64,000 nt of DNA from an uncultured bacterium (GTDB lineage Bacteria > Fidelibacterota > Marinisomatia > Marinisomatales > UBA1611), in contig CALSPG010000002.1 in NCBI GenBank assembly GCA_943788175.1, forward strand, positions 37,317 through 101,316, in the 5' to 3' direction. Below are positions 41,001 to 51,923 of the stretch, piece after piece. Positions within the stretch are counted from its first letter, which is position 1; every line of letters begins with the position of its first letter. The position numbers and the translations under genes are program-made. The notes beneath the pieces are model-generated. The model worked only from the letters and a program-made list of their open reading frames with translations. It searched no databases and had not been told where the DNA came from.

Positions 41001-41305
41001 TATGATAAGCTGCTCCAAAGAGGGCCTACACTAAAAGGCAAGTCTTTTTCTAGATAATTATATTTCACAACAATTTTTAAAGGTATATCATAATTATTTT
41101 TCCAAAAAAGATAGCCTTTAGTGTAGTCAATGCTATCTGGAATAATTTGATCAATACTAGAGTCAATAATTAATGACTTTGGAAATATAAAATTTTCGCT
41201 TAATAAATATATATTTTTATCGGACTTTAAAAAGAGTGTGTCACTGATTGACTTTTTATTAGCAAATAAAAAGTTAATCAGAACAATAATAACAAAAAAA
41301 CGCAC
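38072..41305 (-). CDS. Large outer-membrane hypothetical protein
   Basis: 1077 aa with a signal peptide, GSEKVWLDG...DYVIDY motif and beta-strand-rich C-terminus. Confidence 0.75.
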   Translation of the reverse strand: MRFFVIIVLINFLFANKKSISDTLFLKSDKNIYLLSENFIFPKSLIIDSSIDQIIPDSIDYTKGYLFWKNNYDIPLKIVVKYNYLEKDLPFSVGPLWSSLSYLDSLDLNKKNKKDFYRNSFNDNLFTSGSIDRKINFSSNGTSDLTGGLNLSLSGKLDNGILLGAILSDRNMVIQPQGDTRNLEDFDQVYISMSNPYFSLNAGDILYSNKVDALINLERNVIGLNAQVKFDKFNTNALVSSTRGQYIKVDINGIDGAQGPYELLSSTNSKNIYIIAGSEKVWLDGQNMERGANYDYVIDYSLAEITFTAKQLITVDSDILVEYEFVDDNYTKGIVAGSYKANLSKNLNVVAGFHREKDNTNDLSMNSEIYQNTLNEGGNAVVISGAIEDSLGSYYLDNGVFIFDPLFLVNDFSRYNVVFTNNENGTYERLINSSGRIYYRFVHPEQKELLKDYFSPNQLISAPKSKNLYFSKINYDFGNNFSIKSVISKSSNDKNILSSSDNILSGNLFELDASIDSLELGNLSYGLSYTTLVRQKKYTSFSLDRDVQFKREWDIDSLENFEENKKSFDIYIDIKDYSSSDIQVSSLDIGEATKNRLSLSHTIIHGAFKDSGFKYKEIINSKEKNETSNISLKYNIGYLNPYLIYRSEKKTYFRDYEALVAGLKYQKNKKILNISLENKKDTFDSGLQDDKTFLSSNDIVSSLKYINQNKNGWRNSIVLKKRLKDVNNTKLNYLLGSINLNYFKSNQPIKYELKTSTEQTQNNTYSLVYDSVGVGLGNYRYDKVFNTYIQDPNGSFISYLISTGNRTVTKNIKGFQILTLNFKKFENGAPLKINLNTNFNYSGSIINLKNILNPNPYNQNISKSYFNNMIEIELDLKNNNRRIRGYNILSKDFQGYDTRGNELLSTNKSGIYGYFNVTNYSSFIVDSYYHRKKIQTSISDIKNREFEGIWHKFSYSLNNFKVENKISFQYGLDQGVVYLNDFKAYGLGFEYNGRLYLWESGSVLTNVGINLNEKKSDFTYLPPEALNGQTLGKNTSASIRLNYFLKQDISLSFSFNYLNNKRYNNLLNIIGEFRAYL

Positions 41306-41306
41306 T

Positions 41307-42152
41307 CTATTTTAGTTTAGCATTTAATATCAATATATGATCCTTAGATAATACAGCCAAAGATCGGTTCAAACTTTTCACATCTATGACAGGTAGACTA
41401 ACTTCAGGTATTTTCAACTTTATTTTTTTTATAATTGATTCACCTTCACCTTTTTCATTAAAAACAAACCAAGAATTACGCAAAGGCACCAAAAACTTCC
41501 CTGATTTAATATTTGATGTGAATGAATTTTTATACTCCCCGTGCCTAGAAAACAAATGAAAATCTGAATCACAATCAAGTAATCCGATTTCACCATTTTC
41601 GTTTATATTAATTCGCTTTATACAAAACCCAATTTTAGAAAATCTATTTAAGTCTATTAATGGAATTTTATTGAGCAATCTATTTTCCAATAAAAAAATA
41701 CTGTGAAATTGAGAAGAATAAATTAGAATTTTGCCCCACTGATCGATCGCTGCAAGATCGGGGTACAACCTAGGTTCTAGTTTTACCTCACCCATGTAAT
41801 TAAGTCTATAATCTAATTGAATAACCTTATTTTCCAATCTATCAATAATAGAAATTCCATGAGGGTCTACACCTACCCAGATTGGTTCAGAAAAAGAGAA
41901 AGGTCCTCTTCCAAAGCCTCCTACAGTTTGCAGCCCGTTTAAAGTACCAATACTCACTAATTGATTATCGATTTTATCTAACAATAGAAAACTACCAGCA
42001 ATGCCCCATTCGACTAGACTGGGATTTATATTTAAAATGTTTAGCTCAGGCGGAAAAGCTTGATAATCTACAACGCTTAATTTAGGTTGAGCCTGAGATA
42101 AGCAAATTACAGCAAAAAGATATACAAATTTATTTTGGTATCTTCTCAGCAT
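41307..42152 (-). CDS. Exported hypothetical (NHL-like propeller) protein
   Basis: 281-aa ORF in the operon, GGFGRG..FSEP motif. Confidence 0.65.
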   Translation of the reverse strand: MLRRYQNKFVYLFAVICLSQAQPKLSVVDYQAFPPELNILNINPSLVEWGIAGSFLLLDKIDNQLVSIGTLNGLQTVGGFGRGPFSFSEPIWVGVDPHGISIIDRLENKVIQLDYRLNYMGEVKLEPRLYPDLAAIDQWGKILIYSSQFHSIFLLENRLLNKIPLIDLNRFSKIGFCIKRININENGEIGLLDCDSDFHLFSRHGEYKNSFTSNIKSGKFLVPLRNSWFVFNEKGEGESIIKKIKLKIPEVSLPVIDVKSLNRSLAVLSKDHILILNAKLK

Positions 42153-42954
42153 TTGTATTTAAAATTGGAAACAGTAAGAAATAACTGCCAATAAAAATCA
42201 TTAAAAAACTAATCATCTGCGCACCGCTAAATGTATCAAATAAATATTTTTCATTTGTCCGTAAAAACTCTATGGAAAATCTTTCGATACCTGCTAATAA
42301 TAAATAACTAAAAAACATAGTCCCCGATCTTTGGTTTATTTTACGTCTTGACCATAAAAGAAAGAATAATAAGGCAGCAACCACTGATTCGTATAACTGA
42401 GTGGGATGAACTTTAAAAATCTCAGAACTTATTCTTGAAGTATCAATCCAAGGGTAATAAGCTGCAAAGCTTGAAATTGTAGTTGGAGGTAAACCTTCGG
42501 GGAAAGAAACTGCCCAAGGCAATGAACTTGGCAATCCATAATCATCCCCCACTAGGAAACAACCAAGTCTGCCAATAGCATAACCAATCATTATTAAAGG
42601 CGCAATAATATCAGCAAATAAGTACCATGGAAGGTTTCTATTTTTAAGAATAACTGAAACACATATTATGCTACCTATTAAACCGCCCAAAAATACTAAA
42701 CCAGACCCACTAAATATCATTCCCATAGGGTCCTGAATAGTTCGATCTAGGTTCTCAATCAAATAATATATTTTCGCACCCAAAACACCACCGACAGCAG
42801 ACCAAAAAATAATATCAGAAGCAATCTCTGTATCATATTTTAGTCTCTTCATTTCAAGGTACAGCAATCCATAGCAAGTGTAGAATGCTGTAACAAGCAT
42901 TAAACCAAATGAATATATTTTTATTGGACCAATTTCAAAAATTACAGGATACAT
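42130..42954 (-). CDS. lgt: Prolipoprotein diacylglyceryl transferase
   Basis: GRLGCFL, HPTQLYE, RFSIEFLR. Confidence 0.93.
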   Translation of the reverse strand: MYPVIFEIGPIKIYSFGLMLVTAFYTCYGLLYLEMKRLKYDTEIASDIIFWSAVGGVLGAKIYYLIENLDRTIQDPMGMIFSGSGLVFLGGLIGSIICVSVILKNRNLPWYLFADIIAPLIMIGYAIGRLGCFLVGDDYGLPSSLPWAVSFPEGLPPTTISSFAAYYPWIDTSRISSEIFKVHPTQLYESVVAALLFFLLWSRRKINQRSGTMFFSYLLLAGIERFSIEFLRTNEKYLFDTFSGAQMISFLMIFIGSYFLLFPILNTNAEKIPK

Positions 42955-43117
42955 TTTTATTTGTACTCATGATTTAAAATAAAAAAATTAATAATGTCTA
43001 GCCTAAAAATGAACAATCTCCATTTTAATAACATAAAATTATAACGTCAATAGTCTTTATGTAGTTCCAATAATAATCTTTATATGACCCTATAAGAAAT
43101 ATATGATACCACAAAAA

Positions 43118-43825
43118 TTATGCTAAAGTCATCCTAATTAATACTATTAAATCATATATACTGTGAGTGTATGCAGTTATCCCAAATCCTCTGAAAAGAT
43201 ATAAAACACCTAAAATAATTCCAGCAAAAAATCGCAATAAAAATAATTCCATAGAAAAGAAATCACCATACTCACCCATGAAGTGAAATGCTGAAAAAAT
43301 ACCACCAGAAATTATAAGCGCTACTATTTTTCTAGATAATTGTTTCCATAAAAAAATAAAACCTAGTAGCCTCGTTAATCCTGCAATTAATAAAACTCGA
43401 AATAGAAACTCTTCATATATACCAGCTCCAATAGCTAAAGTTACTTGCTGTAAAATCATTTTGCCCATAGGATTCATTAATACTAACATAAACTTTGACA
43501 ACATCAGATAAAGAATAAATGACCATAGGACACTCTCGATAAACATAAAGAAAAGAAAGTTAGATTTTAATTCTTTTTTCTTATCGGCTTTTATAAAAAA
43601 TATAAATGAAAGAGCGAAACCGAAAAAAAAAACAAATCCAAGGGCATATAAACCATAGATATCAAACGATTCTAAAATATTTCGCATCAAAAAATCAGCA
43701 CCATTACGCACAACTATGATATCATCTTTTGAAAGAAAAAGTATACTTATTTCATAGACAAAAAAGAGAGGTATCGTAAACAAAAAAGAATAGAAATATG
43801 ATCGGGATGTAGAAAAGTACGACAT
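43118..43825 (-). CDS. CPBP/CAAX intramembrane metalloprotease
   Basis: EEFLFR, FSAFH, HSIYD. Confidence 0.85.
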   Translation of the reverse strand: MSYFSTSRSYFYSFLFTIPLFFVYEISILFLSKDDIIVVRNGADFLMRNILESFDIYGLYALGFVFFFGFALSFIFFIKADKKKELKSNFLFFMFIESVLWSFILYLMLSKFMLVLMNPMGKMILQQVTLAIGAGIYEEFLFRVLLIAGLTRLLGFIFLWKQLSRKIVALIISGGIFSAFHFMGEYGDFFSMELFLLRFFAGIILGVLYLFRGFGITAYTHSIYDLIVLIRMTLA

Positions 43826-43844
43826 CTAGTATTTTTACGCTAAA

Positions 43845-45647
43845 CTAATCATCTCCTATTTGAAGAGCCGCAAGTAAAGCTTCTTGAGGTATTTCGACCT
43901 TACCAATCATTTTCATTCTTTTTTTACCTTTTTTTTGTTTTTCCCACAATTTTCTTTTTCTTGTAATATCACCACCATAACACTTAGCTGTAACATTTTT
44001 CTTAAGGGCTTTTACAGTTGTTCGAGCAATTATTCTTCCATTTAAACAAGCCTGAATTGCAACTTCAAACATTTGCCTAGGAATTAATTCTTTAAGTTTT
44101 GAACACAATGCAACTCCCCTGTGGTAAGCATCATTTGAATGGCATATTGAAGATAATGCATCGACAGAATCTCCGTGCATTAATATTTCTAATCTTTTCA
44201 AATCAGATGGTACAAATTCTCTGAATTCATAATCTAATGATGCGTAACCTTTAGATAATGATTTCAATTTATCATAAAAATCAAATATAATCTCTCCCAA
44301 GGGAAGCTCATAATAAATCTGAGCTTTTTCAGGAGATAAATAGTTAGTAGTTTTATAAATACCTCTTTTTTTTTGGCAAAGGGTCATAATTGCTCCGATA
44401 TATTCTTTCGGGGCTAAAATTTCAGCAGAGACCATCGGTTCAAGTATTTTATCAATATCACCAGTACCAGGCATTTGTGAAGGAGTATTGATTTTTATTG
44501 TTGTACCATCTCGCATTAAAACTTCGTAAATAACATTTGGGGTTGTTGTTATTAAATTCAGGTTAAACTCTCTCTCAAGCCTTTCTTGTATTATTTCCAT
44601 ATGTAAAAGACCTAAAAATCCACATCTAAAACCAAAACCTAGAGCTTCACTAGTTTCCGGCAAAAACTCTAATGAGGCATCGTTTAGTTTCAATCTTTCT
44701 AATGCGACTCTCAATTGATCGTATTCATCACCATCGACTGGATATAAACCGGAAAATACCATAGGTTTTATCTTTTTGTAACCTGAAAGTGGCTCTAAGC
44801 ATGGATCATGATTAGATGTAATTGTATCACCAGGCTGAATATGCCCCATATCCCTTATACTTGCGACTATATACCCAACATCACCAGATTTTAATTCGTT
44901 AGATTCAACCATTTTTAAAACAAAATGTCCAACTTCTGTAATTTCATAAACTTCGCCATGAGCATGAAACTTAATAGACATTCCTTTTTTAATTATGCCA
45001 TCAAAAACCCGAACGTAAGGTATTGCTCCTCGATAATTATCATATGTCGAATCAAAGATTAAAGCACGTGTTTTTTCTTCGTCCTTATATAGTGGTGGAG
45101 GTATGCGTTCTATAATCGCATCAAAAATCTTATTTATTCCAAGCCCACTTTTTGCACTTGCCTCAATAATTTCTTCTTCTTCACAACCGACTAATTCGAC
45201 AATCTGTTGCTTAACATCTTCTGTCATTGCTGAGGGCAGGTCTACTTTATTAATTATTGGAATTATGGTAAGATTATTTTCAATCGCTAAGTAAGCATTT
45301 GAGACTGTTTGCGCCTCAACGCCTTGAGCAGCATCAACGAGTAATAAAGCTCCCTCGCATGCAGCTAACGATCTACTTACTTCATAGGTAAAGTCTACAT
45401 GCCCAGGCGTGTCTATTAAATTAAAAATATAAGAAGACCCATCATGATGGGTATATTGCATTTGAATAGGATGACTCTTTATAGTAATGCCTCTTTCACG
45501 TTCTAAATCCATACTATCAAGAACTTGATTTTGCATTTGTTTTGAAGACAGAGTTTTCGTCTCTTCAAGAAGTCGATCTGCTAAAGTTGATTTTCCATGA
45601 TCAATATGAGCAATAATAGAAAAGTTTCTTAATAAATCTTTTTTCAC
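43845..45647 (-). CDS. lepA: Elongation factor 4
   Basis: RNFSIIAHIDHGKSTLADR, KCYGGDITRKRKL. Confidence 0.98.
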   Translation of the reverse strand: MKKDLLRNFSIIAHIDHGKSTLADRLLEETKTLSSKQMQNQVLDSMDLERERGITIKSHPIQMQYTHHDGSSYIFNLIDTPGHVDFTYEVSRSLAACEGALLLVDAAQGVEAQTVSNAYLAIENNLTIIPIINKVDLPSAMTEDVKQQIVELVGCEEEEIIEASAKSGLGINKIFDAIIERIPPPLYKDEEKTRALIFDSTYDNYRGAIPYVRVFDGIIKKGMSIKFHAHGEVYEITEVGHFVLKMVESNELKSGDVGYIVASIRDMGHIQPGDTITSNHDPCLEPLSGYKKIKPMVFSGLYPVDGDEYDQLRVALERLKLNDASLEFLPETSEALGFGFRCGFLGLLHMEIIQERLEREFNLNLITTTPNVIYEVLMRDGTTIKINTPSQMPGTGDIDKILEPMVSAEILAPKEYIGAIMTLCQKKRGIYKTTNYLSPEKAQIYYELPLGEIIFDFYDKLKSLSKGYASLDYEFREFVPSDLKRLEILMHGDSVDALSSICHSNDAYHRGVALCSKLKELIPRQMFEVAIQACLNGRIIARTTVKALKKNVTAKCYGGDITRKRKLWEKQKKGKKRMKMIGKVEIPQEALLAALQIGDD

Positions 45648-45734
45648 TAAAAGAAATTAATCAGCTGAAGGGTTCAATTATGATTTTTTATTCAATATTA
45701 TACAAAAATTATATAATAACAAAAGTTGCGACTT

Positions 45735-46169
45735 CTAGTATTTTCTTTGTAGTTGTAAAAGTCTGAGGTTTGCTTTTTTGCGGTTACCATCTTGTATTAA
45801 AGAAACGACTTTCATTGCTTCTAAAATAGGAATATTTATATTATCTGAATTTGTATATAATGCATCCATATGCATTGTTATTAATTGCAAGTCATACCCC
45901 ACTGCTTCAGAGAAATACTCATCAATTAAAGAATAGTACCTTTCGATATAATATGGTTCTATCCAATTCTTATCATTTAAATATTGTTTTGCTACCTCTT
46001 CCTTATGCTTTTTCTTCAAAACACTTAAGGCACTGTAAGCACCATTTATAAAGGATATTTTTTCTTTTGAAGATAATGAGAACCAAAATTCTGAAGGGGA
46101 TTTTGTATTTTGTGTTTGACCAATTAATAAACTGATCGATAGTAGCATACTATATATTATTATCTTCAA
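45735..46169 (-). CDS. Exported hypothetical protein
   Basis: 144-aa ORF with a signal peptide, coupled to nadE. Confidence 0.65.
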   Translation of the reverse strand: MKIIIYSMLLSISLLIGQTQNTKSPSEFWFSLSSKEKISFINGAYSALSVLKKKHKEEVAKQYLNDKNWIEPYYIERYYSLIDEYFSEAVGYDLQLITMHMDALYTNSDNINIPILEAMKVVSLIQDGNRKKANLRLLQLQRKY

Positions 46170-46171
46170 TC

Positions 46172-47779
46172 TTATTTCTCTTTAAAGTGATTGACAATTG
46201 GGAATCGCCTACCAAATCCAAAAGCTTTTTTTGAGACTCTTAAACCGATAGGTGCTTGTCTCCTCTTATATTCATTAAAATAGATTTTATTTTTTATTTC
46301 TATAATAGTTTTCTCTTCGAACCCTTGATTAATTAATTCAGAGTTTGAATATGTTTTTTGAACAATTAAGTCAACTAATGGTGATATCACATCATAATCA
46401 AATGGATCAACTTGATTAGGCGAAAGCTCTGCTGAGGGAGGTTTTTCAATTGAATTCAAAGGTATAAAACTGCCCTTATTATTGTTAATCCACTTTGCAA
46501 GTTCATAAACTTCACTTTTATTTAAATCTGAAATCACTGATAATCCGCCACTCATATCACCGTACAAGGTACAATACCCTAGAGCTAACTCAGTTTTATT
46601 GCCTGTAGAAAGTACTAATCTTCCAAATTTATTAGATAAGGCCATTAATATGTTACCTCTTACCCTAGATTGTATGTTTTCTTCGGCAGCCCCCCTATCT
46701 GTACCAGAAAAAAAATCAACTAAGCTATCTTCGAAGCGGTCAACAAGTTCTTGTATTGGGATCGTTTTAAAATCTATTCCCAGGTTCTTTGCTAATAATT
46801 CCGCATCTTTTTTGCTGTGTTCACTACTAAACTTTGACGGCATTGAAACGCCATAAACAGCAGCTTCTCCTAAAGCGTGGCTAGCCAAGACTGCAACAAC
46901 AGCACTATCAATTCCACCAGATAAACCGATTATAGCTTCATAATTATTAGTTTTACTAAAATAATCTTTAATGCCTAAGGTAAGAGCATTAAAATAATCT
47001 TCGTATTTTGAGTTATGATTAATTTCAATCCTAGATGTTGATTTTAAATCAACATAAAGGATATCTTCGATAAATGACTCGCTTTTTGCAAAACACATGC
47101 CCTTTTCATCTACAGCGAAAGAAGACCCATCAAAAACTAATTCATCCTGCGCACCCACGATGTTACAATAAAGAAAAGGAATTTTAATTTCTTTCACTTT
47201 TTGGCTTATTTGATCTTCTCTATCATTTAACTTCTTATCTCGAAATGGAGATGCCGATATATTTATTAAAAAATCTGCACCCTTTTGTTTTTGCAAATAA
47301 GACACTTTTTTTTCATATCCGTCATCCCATAAATCTTCACAAATTTGAATTCCAATATTTACTTTCTTACCATCTAATATTATCGGCCAAACTGTTGGCC
47401 ATGCACCTTGAGTAAAATATCTACTCTCATCAAAAACATCATAAGTAGGTAGTAATATTTTATCATAATTATTTACAATTTCACCATCTTTACATAGAGC
47501 CGCGCTATTAAACATTCGATTGTTTTCTGTTCTAACATAACCTACAATTAATGGATTAGTTGCTTTCTCCGCTATAGAATTGATTGCAATATTATTTAAT
47601 TCAATAAAATCTTCATCTAACAATAAATCTTGCGGTGGATATCCGGTTATCGCTAATTCTGGAAAAACAACGATATCTGAATTTTCTGCTAAGGCTTTTT
47701 TATAAAATTCTAGTATCTTGTTCTTGTTTGAATCAATTGCCCCGACTGTGGGATTTATTTGACATAACGCAATTTTCAT
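46172..47779 (-). CDS. nadE: Glutamine-dependent NAD+ synthetase
   Basis: Nitrilase domain (FPEL, ICED) plus GLSGGIDS, ENIQSR, KPPSAEL. Confidence 0.96.
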   Translation of the reverse strand: MKIALCQINPTVGAIDSNKNKILEFYKKALAENSDIVVFPELAITGYPPQDLLLDEDFIELNNIAINSIAEKATNPLIVGYVRTENNRMFNSAALCKDGEIVNNYDKILLPTYDVFDESRYFTQGAWPTVWPIILDGKKVNIGIQICEDLWDDGYEKKVSYLQKQKGADFLINISASPFRDKKLNDREDQISQKVKEIKIPFLYCNIVGAQDELVFDGSSFAVDEKGMCFAKSESFIEDILYVDLKSTSRIEINHNSKYEDYFNALTLGIKDYFSKTNNYEAIIGLSGGIDSAVVAVLASHALGEAAVYGVSMPSKFSSEHSKKDAELLAKNLGIDFKTIPIQELVDRFEDSLVDFFSGTDRGAAEENIQSRVRGNILMALSNKFGRLVLSTGNKTELALGYCTLYGDMSGGLSVISDLNKSEVYELAKWINNNKGSFIPLNSIEKPPSAELSPNQVDPFDYDVISPLVDLIVQKTYSNSELINQGFEEKTIIEIKNKIYFNEYKRRQAPIGLRVSKKAFGFGRRFPIVNHFKEK

Positions 47780-47835
47780 ATAATTCTTAGTTATTAAAAA
47801 TTAGATAATAAAATATAATAATTTGTTAATAAAGC

Positions 47836-49155
47836 TTATGGCTCGAGCCTAGCCATTGTTCTAGGAAAAGGAATTGTTTCTCTAATATGAGTAGTGCCAC
47901 AAACCCAGGCAACGAATCTTTCAAGACCAAGACCAAACCCAGAATGGGGTACTGAACCATATTTTCTCAAATCTAAATACCATTCAAATGGCTTTAGAGG
48001 TAAATCATGGTGCCTGATTGTCTCTATTAAAATATCAATGTTATCTTCTCTTTGACCACCACCAACTATTTCCCCATACCCTTCAGGAGCTATCATATCT
48101 ACTCCAAGAGCTAAATTCTTATTATTTTCATCCCTTTTCATATAAAAAGCTTTTGTATCTACTGGCCAGCTATGTATCATTACAGGACTTTTGTATTGAT
48201 TAGATATTATAGTTTCATCAGCAGCACCAAAATCTTTTCCATACTTAAAATCAATACCATTATTTTCAAGAATACCCACTGCTTCATCATAAGTTATTCT
48301 AGGAAATGGAGATTTTACGCATTCTAACTTTTTAACATCACGTTCTAAAATATTTAATTCATTTTCACATTTCTTGACAACTTTTTTGATAATATATGAC
48401 ACAAGAGATTCCATCCAGTCCATATTCTGAGCCAAGTTACAATAAGCCATTTCAGGCTCAACCATCCAGAATTCAGTTAAGTGCCTTCGCGTTTTGGACT
48501 TTTCTGCTCTAAAAACAGGTCCAAAGCAGTACGATTTACCAAAAGCCATTGCTCCTGCCTCTTGGTATAGCTGGCCACTCTGCGTTAAATATGCTTTTTT
48601 TTCAAAATAATCTAACTCAAACAAAGTAGTAGTACCTTCTACAGCATTTCCTGTGAAAACTGGAGAATCAACAAGAATGAAATCATTGTTATCAAAGAAA
48701 TCTCTTATTGACTTTACAATTTGGTGCCTAATTCTAAGAATTGAGTTTTGCCTTTTAGACCTAATCCACAAATGTCTGTTTGACATTAAGAAATCAGTAC
48801 CATGTTCTTTATTTGAGATAGGATATTCATTAGTCGTATGATTCACAATCGATATAGTCTTTACGCTAAGTTCAAAACCACCAACAGCTCGGGGCTCTTT
48901 TTTGACTAAACCTGTAATTGTAACGGAATCTTCTTGATTAAGATTCTGTTCTAAGTTAAAACTTTTAGAATCGCATTCTCCATTAACTACAACACATTGA
49001 AGTAAACCAGAGCCATCTCTTAATATAAGAAACCATATTTTACCAACGCTTCTCCTATTGTATACCCATCCATTAATTTTTACTTCTTGCCCAGAGTAAT
49101 TACCTAAATTTTTTATTATTACAGTTTCCATGTCTTCTAAGTTTCTCCTTACCAT
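47836..49155 (-). CDS. asnS: Asparagine--tRNA ligase
   Basis: LTQSGQLY, FRAEKSKTRRHLTEFWMVEPE, PHSGFGLG. Confidence 0.95.
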   Translation of the reverse strand: MVRRNLEDMETVIIKNLGNYSGQEVKINGWVYNRRSVGKIWFLILRDGSGLLQCVVVNGECDSKSFNLEQNLNQEDSVTITGLVKKEPRAVGGFELSVKTISIVNHTTNEYPISNKEHGTDFLMSNRHLWIRSKRQNSILRIRHQIVKSIRDFFDNNDFILVDSPVFTGNAVEGTTTLFELDYFEKKAYLTQSGQLYQEAGAMAFGKSYCFGPVFRAEKSKTRRHLTEFWMVEPEMAYCNLAQNMDWMESLVSYIIKKVVKKCENELNILERDVKKLECVKSPFPRITYDEAVGILENNGIDFKYGKDFGAADETIISNQYKSPVMIHSWPVDTKAFYMKRDENNKNLALGVDMIAPEGYGEIVGGGQREDNIDILIETIRHHDLPLKPFEWYLDLRKYGSVPHSGFGLGLERFVAWVCGTTHIRETIPFPRTMARLEP

Positions 49156-49712
49156 GTAGTCATTATATCATTAATTATATCTTGTGCAATTTTTTTAACC
49201 GCAACCTTTGAAGCAAACTCTCTTGGCTCACCAAATTCATCTTCGTCTTCACCATCAATTTTACCATCGCCATCATTATCTACGCCATCAGAACTAATAT
49301 CTCCGCTGAGTCCATATGCCCCCCAACCAGAAAAATTACCTTTTAAAATAATTTTCTCATCACGATTATCATACCATTCAAAGTAAACATCAATTTTGTA
49401 TCTATACTCCGAGACAGACTCTTCTTTGTTAAAAGTGTAAGGCCCATCCGTTATTTTTTTAATTGAACCTCTAAGTATAGAATCAGAATTTAAATTACTT
49501 ATTTTCAATATTCCTTCATCATTGAATGCATTTTGAATACCATCAGTGATATCTTCTGCTATACCAAATTCAGCAGTCTCATTTTCTAGCAGTGGAATTG
49601 AGATAGTATTAATATGTGGTGGTAATGAACCAGACATCGAATAAAATGCACAAGAAAAAATAAATGACATTATAATACAAAAAATTAATATTTTTATTTT
49701 ATTTAGAATCAC
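49149..49712 (-). CDS. lptE: LptE-family lipoprotein
   Basis: FSC lipobox, YSMSGS...TISIPLLENET pattern, C-terminal W. Follows a sigma-54 activator as in FCB bacteria. Confidence 0.7.
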   Translation of the reverse strand: MILNKIKILIFCIIMSFIFSCAFYSMSGSLPPHINTISIPLLENETAEFGIAEDITDGIQNAFNDEGILKISNLNSDSILRGSIKKITDGPYTFNKEESVSEYRYKIDVYFEWYDNRDEKIILKGNFSGWGAYGLSGDISSDGVDNDGDGKIDGEDEDEFGEPREFASKVAVKKIAQDIINDIMTTW

Positions 49713-49714
49713 AA

Positions 49715-50938
49715 TTAATTCCGCTTGATCTTGGGTTCAAGATTATAATCTTCAATTTTTCTGTACAATGTTCTTTCACTAACGCCTAAGGACCTTGCCG
49801 TTTTCCTTCGGTTGTTATTAAAAAACCTTAGTGTACGAATGATAGCCTCTTTCTCAAGATCTTTCATCCTAATCTCACCAATAGCATCATCCCGAATTAA
49901 AGGTTGACCATCTTCAGTAACCTCTAAATTTTTATCATTAACTGGATTTATTATTTTTAGGTTATCTTTTGGCAATATTGGACTTACACCAAATAAAGAA
50001 CTATCTTTATCAACAGATAAAATAGCTCTAATCATTTCAGTATCTTGTTTTAATGAAAATAATTGGCGTAAAATAATGTCAATTTCTGCCTGTTCTGTTG
50101 ATTTATTTACTGGAATTGGTAGTTTTAAATTATCAGAAATTGGTTCAGCAATTACATCATCTAATTCCCTACTAACCATCTCTTCAGTAATTCTCTCGCC
50201 TTTTTCTAATACCATTACTTTCTCTACAAAATTTTTCAATTCACGAACATTACCAGGCCAATCATATTGTTTCATTTTACGAATAGCATCAGGCATAAAG
50301 CCTCGATATAAAATCTCATTTGACCGTGTAAACTCTAGTGCAAACCTTTCAACAAAAGGATTAATATCCTCAACTCTATCCCTCAAAGAAGGAATATGAA
50401 TATTAACGGTTTTCAAACGATAATAGAGATCCTGTCGAAACAACTCCTTCTTAACTAATTCTGACAAATTTTTATTTGTAGCGGCAATTACCCTAACATC
50501 TGTATATCTTACCTTTGATTCGCCCACTCTCATGTATTCACCAGTTTCAAGTACTCGTAATAACTTTACTTGAGTCCCAAGCGGAGCTTCTCCAATTTCA
50601 TCTAAAAAGATAGTAGCTTTATTTGCCTGCTCAAAATATCCTTTCCTATCATCGGAAGCACCAGTAAAAGAACCTTTTTTATGGCCAAATAATTCACTCT
50701 CAATTATTCCTTCAGGGATTGCACCACAATTAACTGTAACCATAGGATTAAAAGAGCGTTTACTATGCTTATGAATTCCACGTGCGACCACTTCTTTACC
50801 ACAACCAGACTCACCAGTAACTAAAACTGAGATATCAACTGGAGCAACTTGAGCTATCATACCTAAAACTTCAAATATTTTTTCAGAAGTACCAATTAGC
50901 CCTGATTGTTTTTGTAGACGATGTAAATCTATTTCCAT
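49715..50938 (-). CDS. Sigma-54-dependent AAA+ activator with Fis HTH, no N-terminal sensor
   Basis: GESGCGKE, ELFGHKKGSFTGA, WPGNVREL, LGVSERTLYRK. Confidence 0.93.
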   Translation of the reverse strand: MEIDLHRLQKQSGLIGTSEKIFEVLGMIAQVAPVDISVLVTGESGCGKEVVARGIHKHSKRSFNPMVTVNCGAIPEGIIESELFGHKKGSFTGASDDRKGYFEQANKATIFLDEIGEAPLGTQVKLLRVLETGEYMRVGESKVRYTDVRVIAATNKNLSELVKKELFRQDLYYRLKTVNIHIPSLRDRVEDINPFVERFALEFTRSNEILYRGFMPDAIRKMKQYDWPGNVRELKNFVEKVMVLEKGERITEEMVSRELDDVIAEPISDNLKLPIPVNKSTEQAEIDIILRQLFSLKQDTEMIRAILSVDKDSSLFGVSPILPKDNLKIINPVNDKNLEVTEDGQPLIRDDAIGEIRMKDLEKEAIIRTLRFFNNNRRKTARSLGVSERTLYRKIEDYNLEPKIKRN

Positions 50939-50954
50939 ATTAAAAACACCTCTT

Positions 50955-51923
50955 TTAAGAGTTATATATTTTCCATGTTGAACTAATTATATTACGTAAA
51001 TCAGACTTACTTGGAGACCAATTAATAAGCTGTTTAGCTTTTTCAGATGAAGCTATGACAACATCAGGGTCGCCATCCCTCCTTTTAGAAACTTTAAAAT
51101 TAATTTTTTTGTTACTTACATCTTCTGTCATTTTAATGATTTCAAGCACCGAGTGCCCACGACCGGTACCAAGATTAATAGTAAGATTGTTGTCATTTTG
51201 AAATAAATAATCAATCGAGGCTAAATGACCTTTGGCTAAATCCGTAACATGTATGTAGTCACGAACGCCAGTACCATCTAATGTTGAATAATCATTTCCA
51301 TAAACTTGAAGCAGTTCGCGAGAGCCTTCAGCTACCTCCATAACCAGAGGAATTAAATTCTGTGGATTATTCTCCTTATTTAGGCTTTGTTTGTCACTAT
51401 CATATCCTGCAGCATTAAAGTACCTTAGAGAAGCATAACTTATGTTTTTTAAATCACTATACCATTTCAAATTTTCTTCAATAACTTTTTTAGTATAACC
51501 ATAAAAATTAATTGGGTTCAATGAATGCAATTCATCAATTGGAGTATATAATGGAATACCATATACAGCGGCACTTGAAGAAAAAATAATTTTCTTTACA
51601 TTATACTCAACACAAGCTTTTAGAAAATTTAGGCCACCAATTATATTATTTGAGGCATATTTAACAGGGTCAATCATAGATTCACCTGCGGCTTTATAGG
51701 CAGCAAGATAAACGGCAACATCAAAACTACTAGAAGTCATTACTTCAGATAGATTTTGATTTGACAATGTTGAACCCTCAAAAAAGTCTATTTCATTATC
51801 TATATTATTTTTAAAACCACTGGATAAATCATCGAATACAACAACATTGTGTCCAGCTCTAGAAGCCTCTAAAACAAAATGAGAACCAATATATCCAGCT
51901 CCACCTACAACTAGAATATTCAT
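50955..51923 (-). CDS. galE: UDP-glucose 4-epimerase
   Basis: [25 protein letters not shown]. Confidence 0.93.
   Translation of the reverse strand: MNILVVGGAGYIGSHFVLEASRAGHNVVVFDDLSSGFKNNIDNEIDFFEGSTLSNQNLSEVMTSSSFDVAVYLAAYKAAGESMIDPVKYASNNIIGGLNFLKACVEYNVKKIIFSSSAAVYGIPLYTPIDELHSLNPINFYGYTKKVIEENLKWYSDLKNISYASLRYFNAAGYDSDKQSLNKENNPQNLIPLVMEVAEGSRELLQVYGNDYSTLDGTGVRDYIHVTDLAKGHLASIDYLFQNDNNLTINLGTGRGHSVLEIIKMTEDVSNKKINFKVSKRRDGDPDVVIASSEKAKQLINWSPSKSDLRNIISSTWKIYNS

Noticed and set aside
49715-50938. Sensor-less sigma-54 activator as a novelty
   Set aside because: This activator next to lptE is a common arrangement in FCB-group bacteria.
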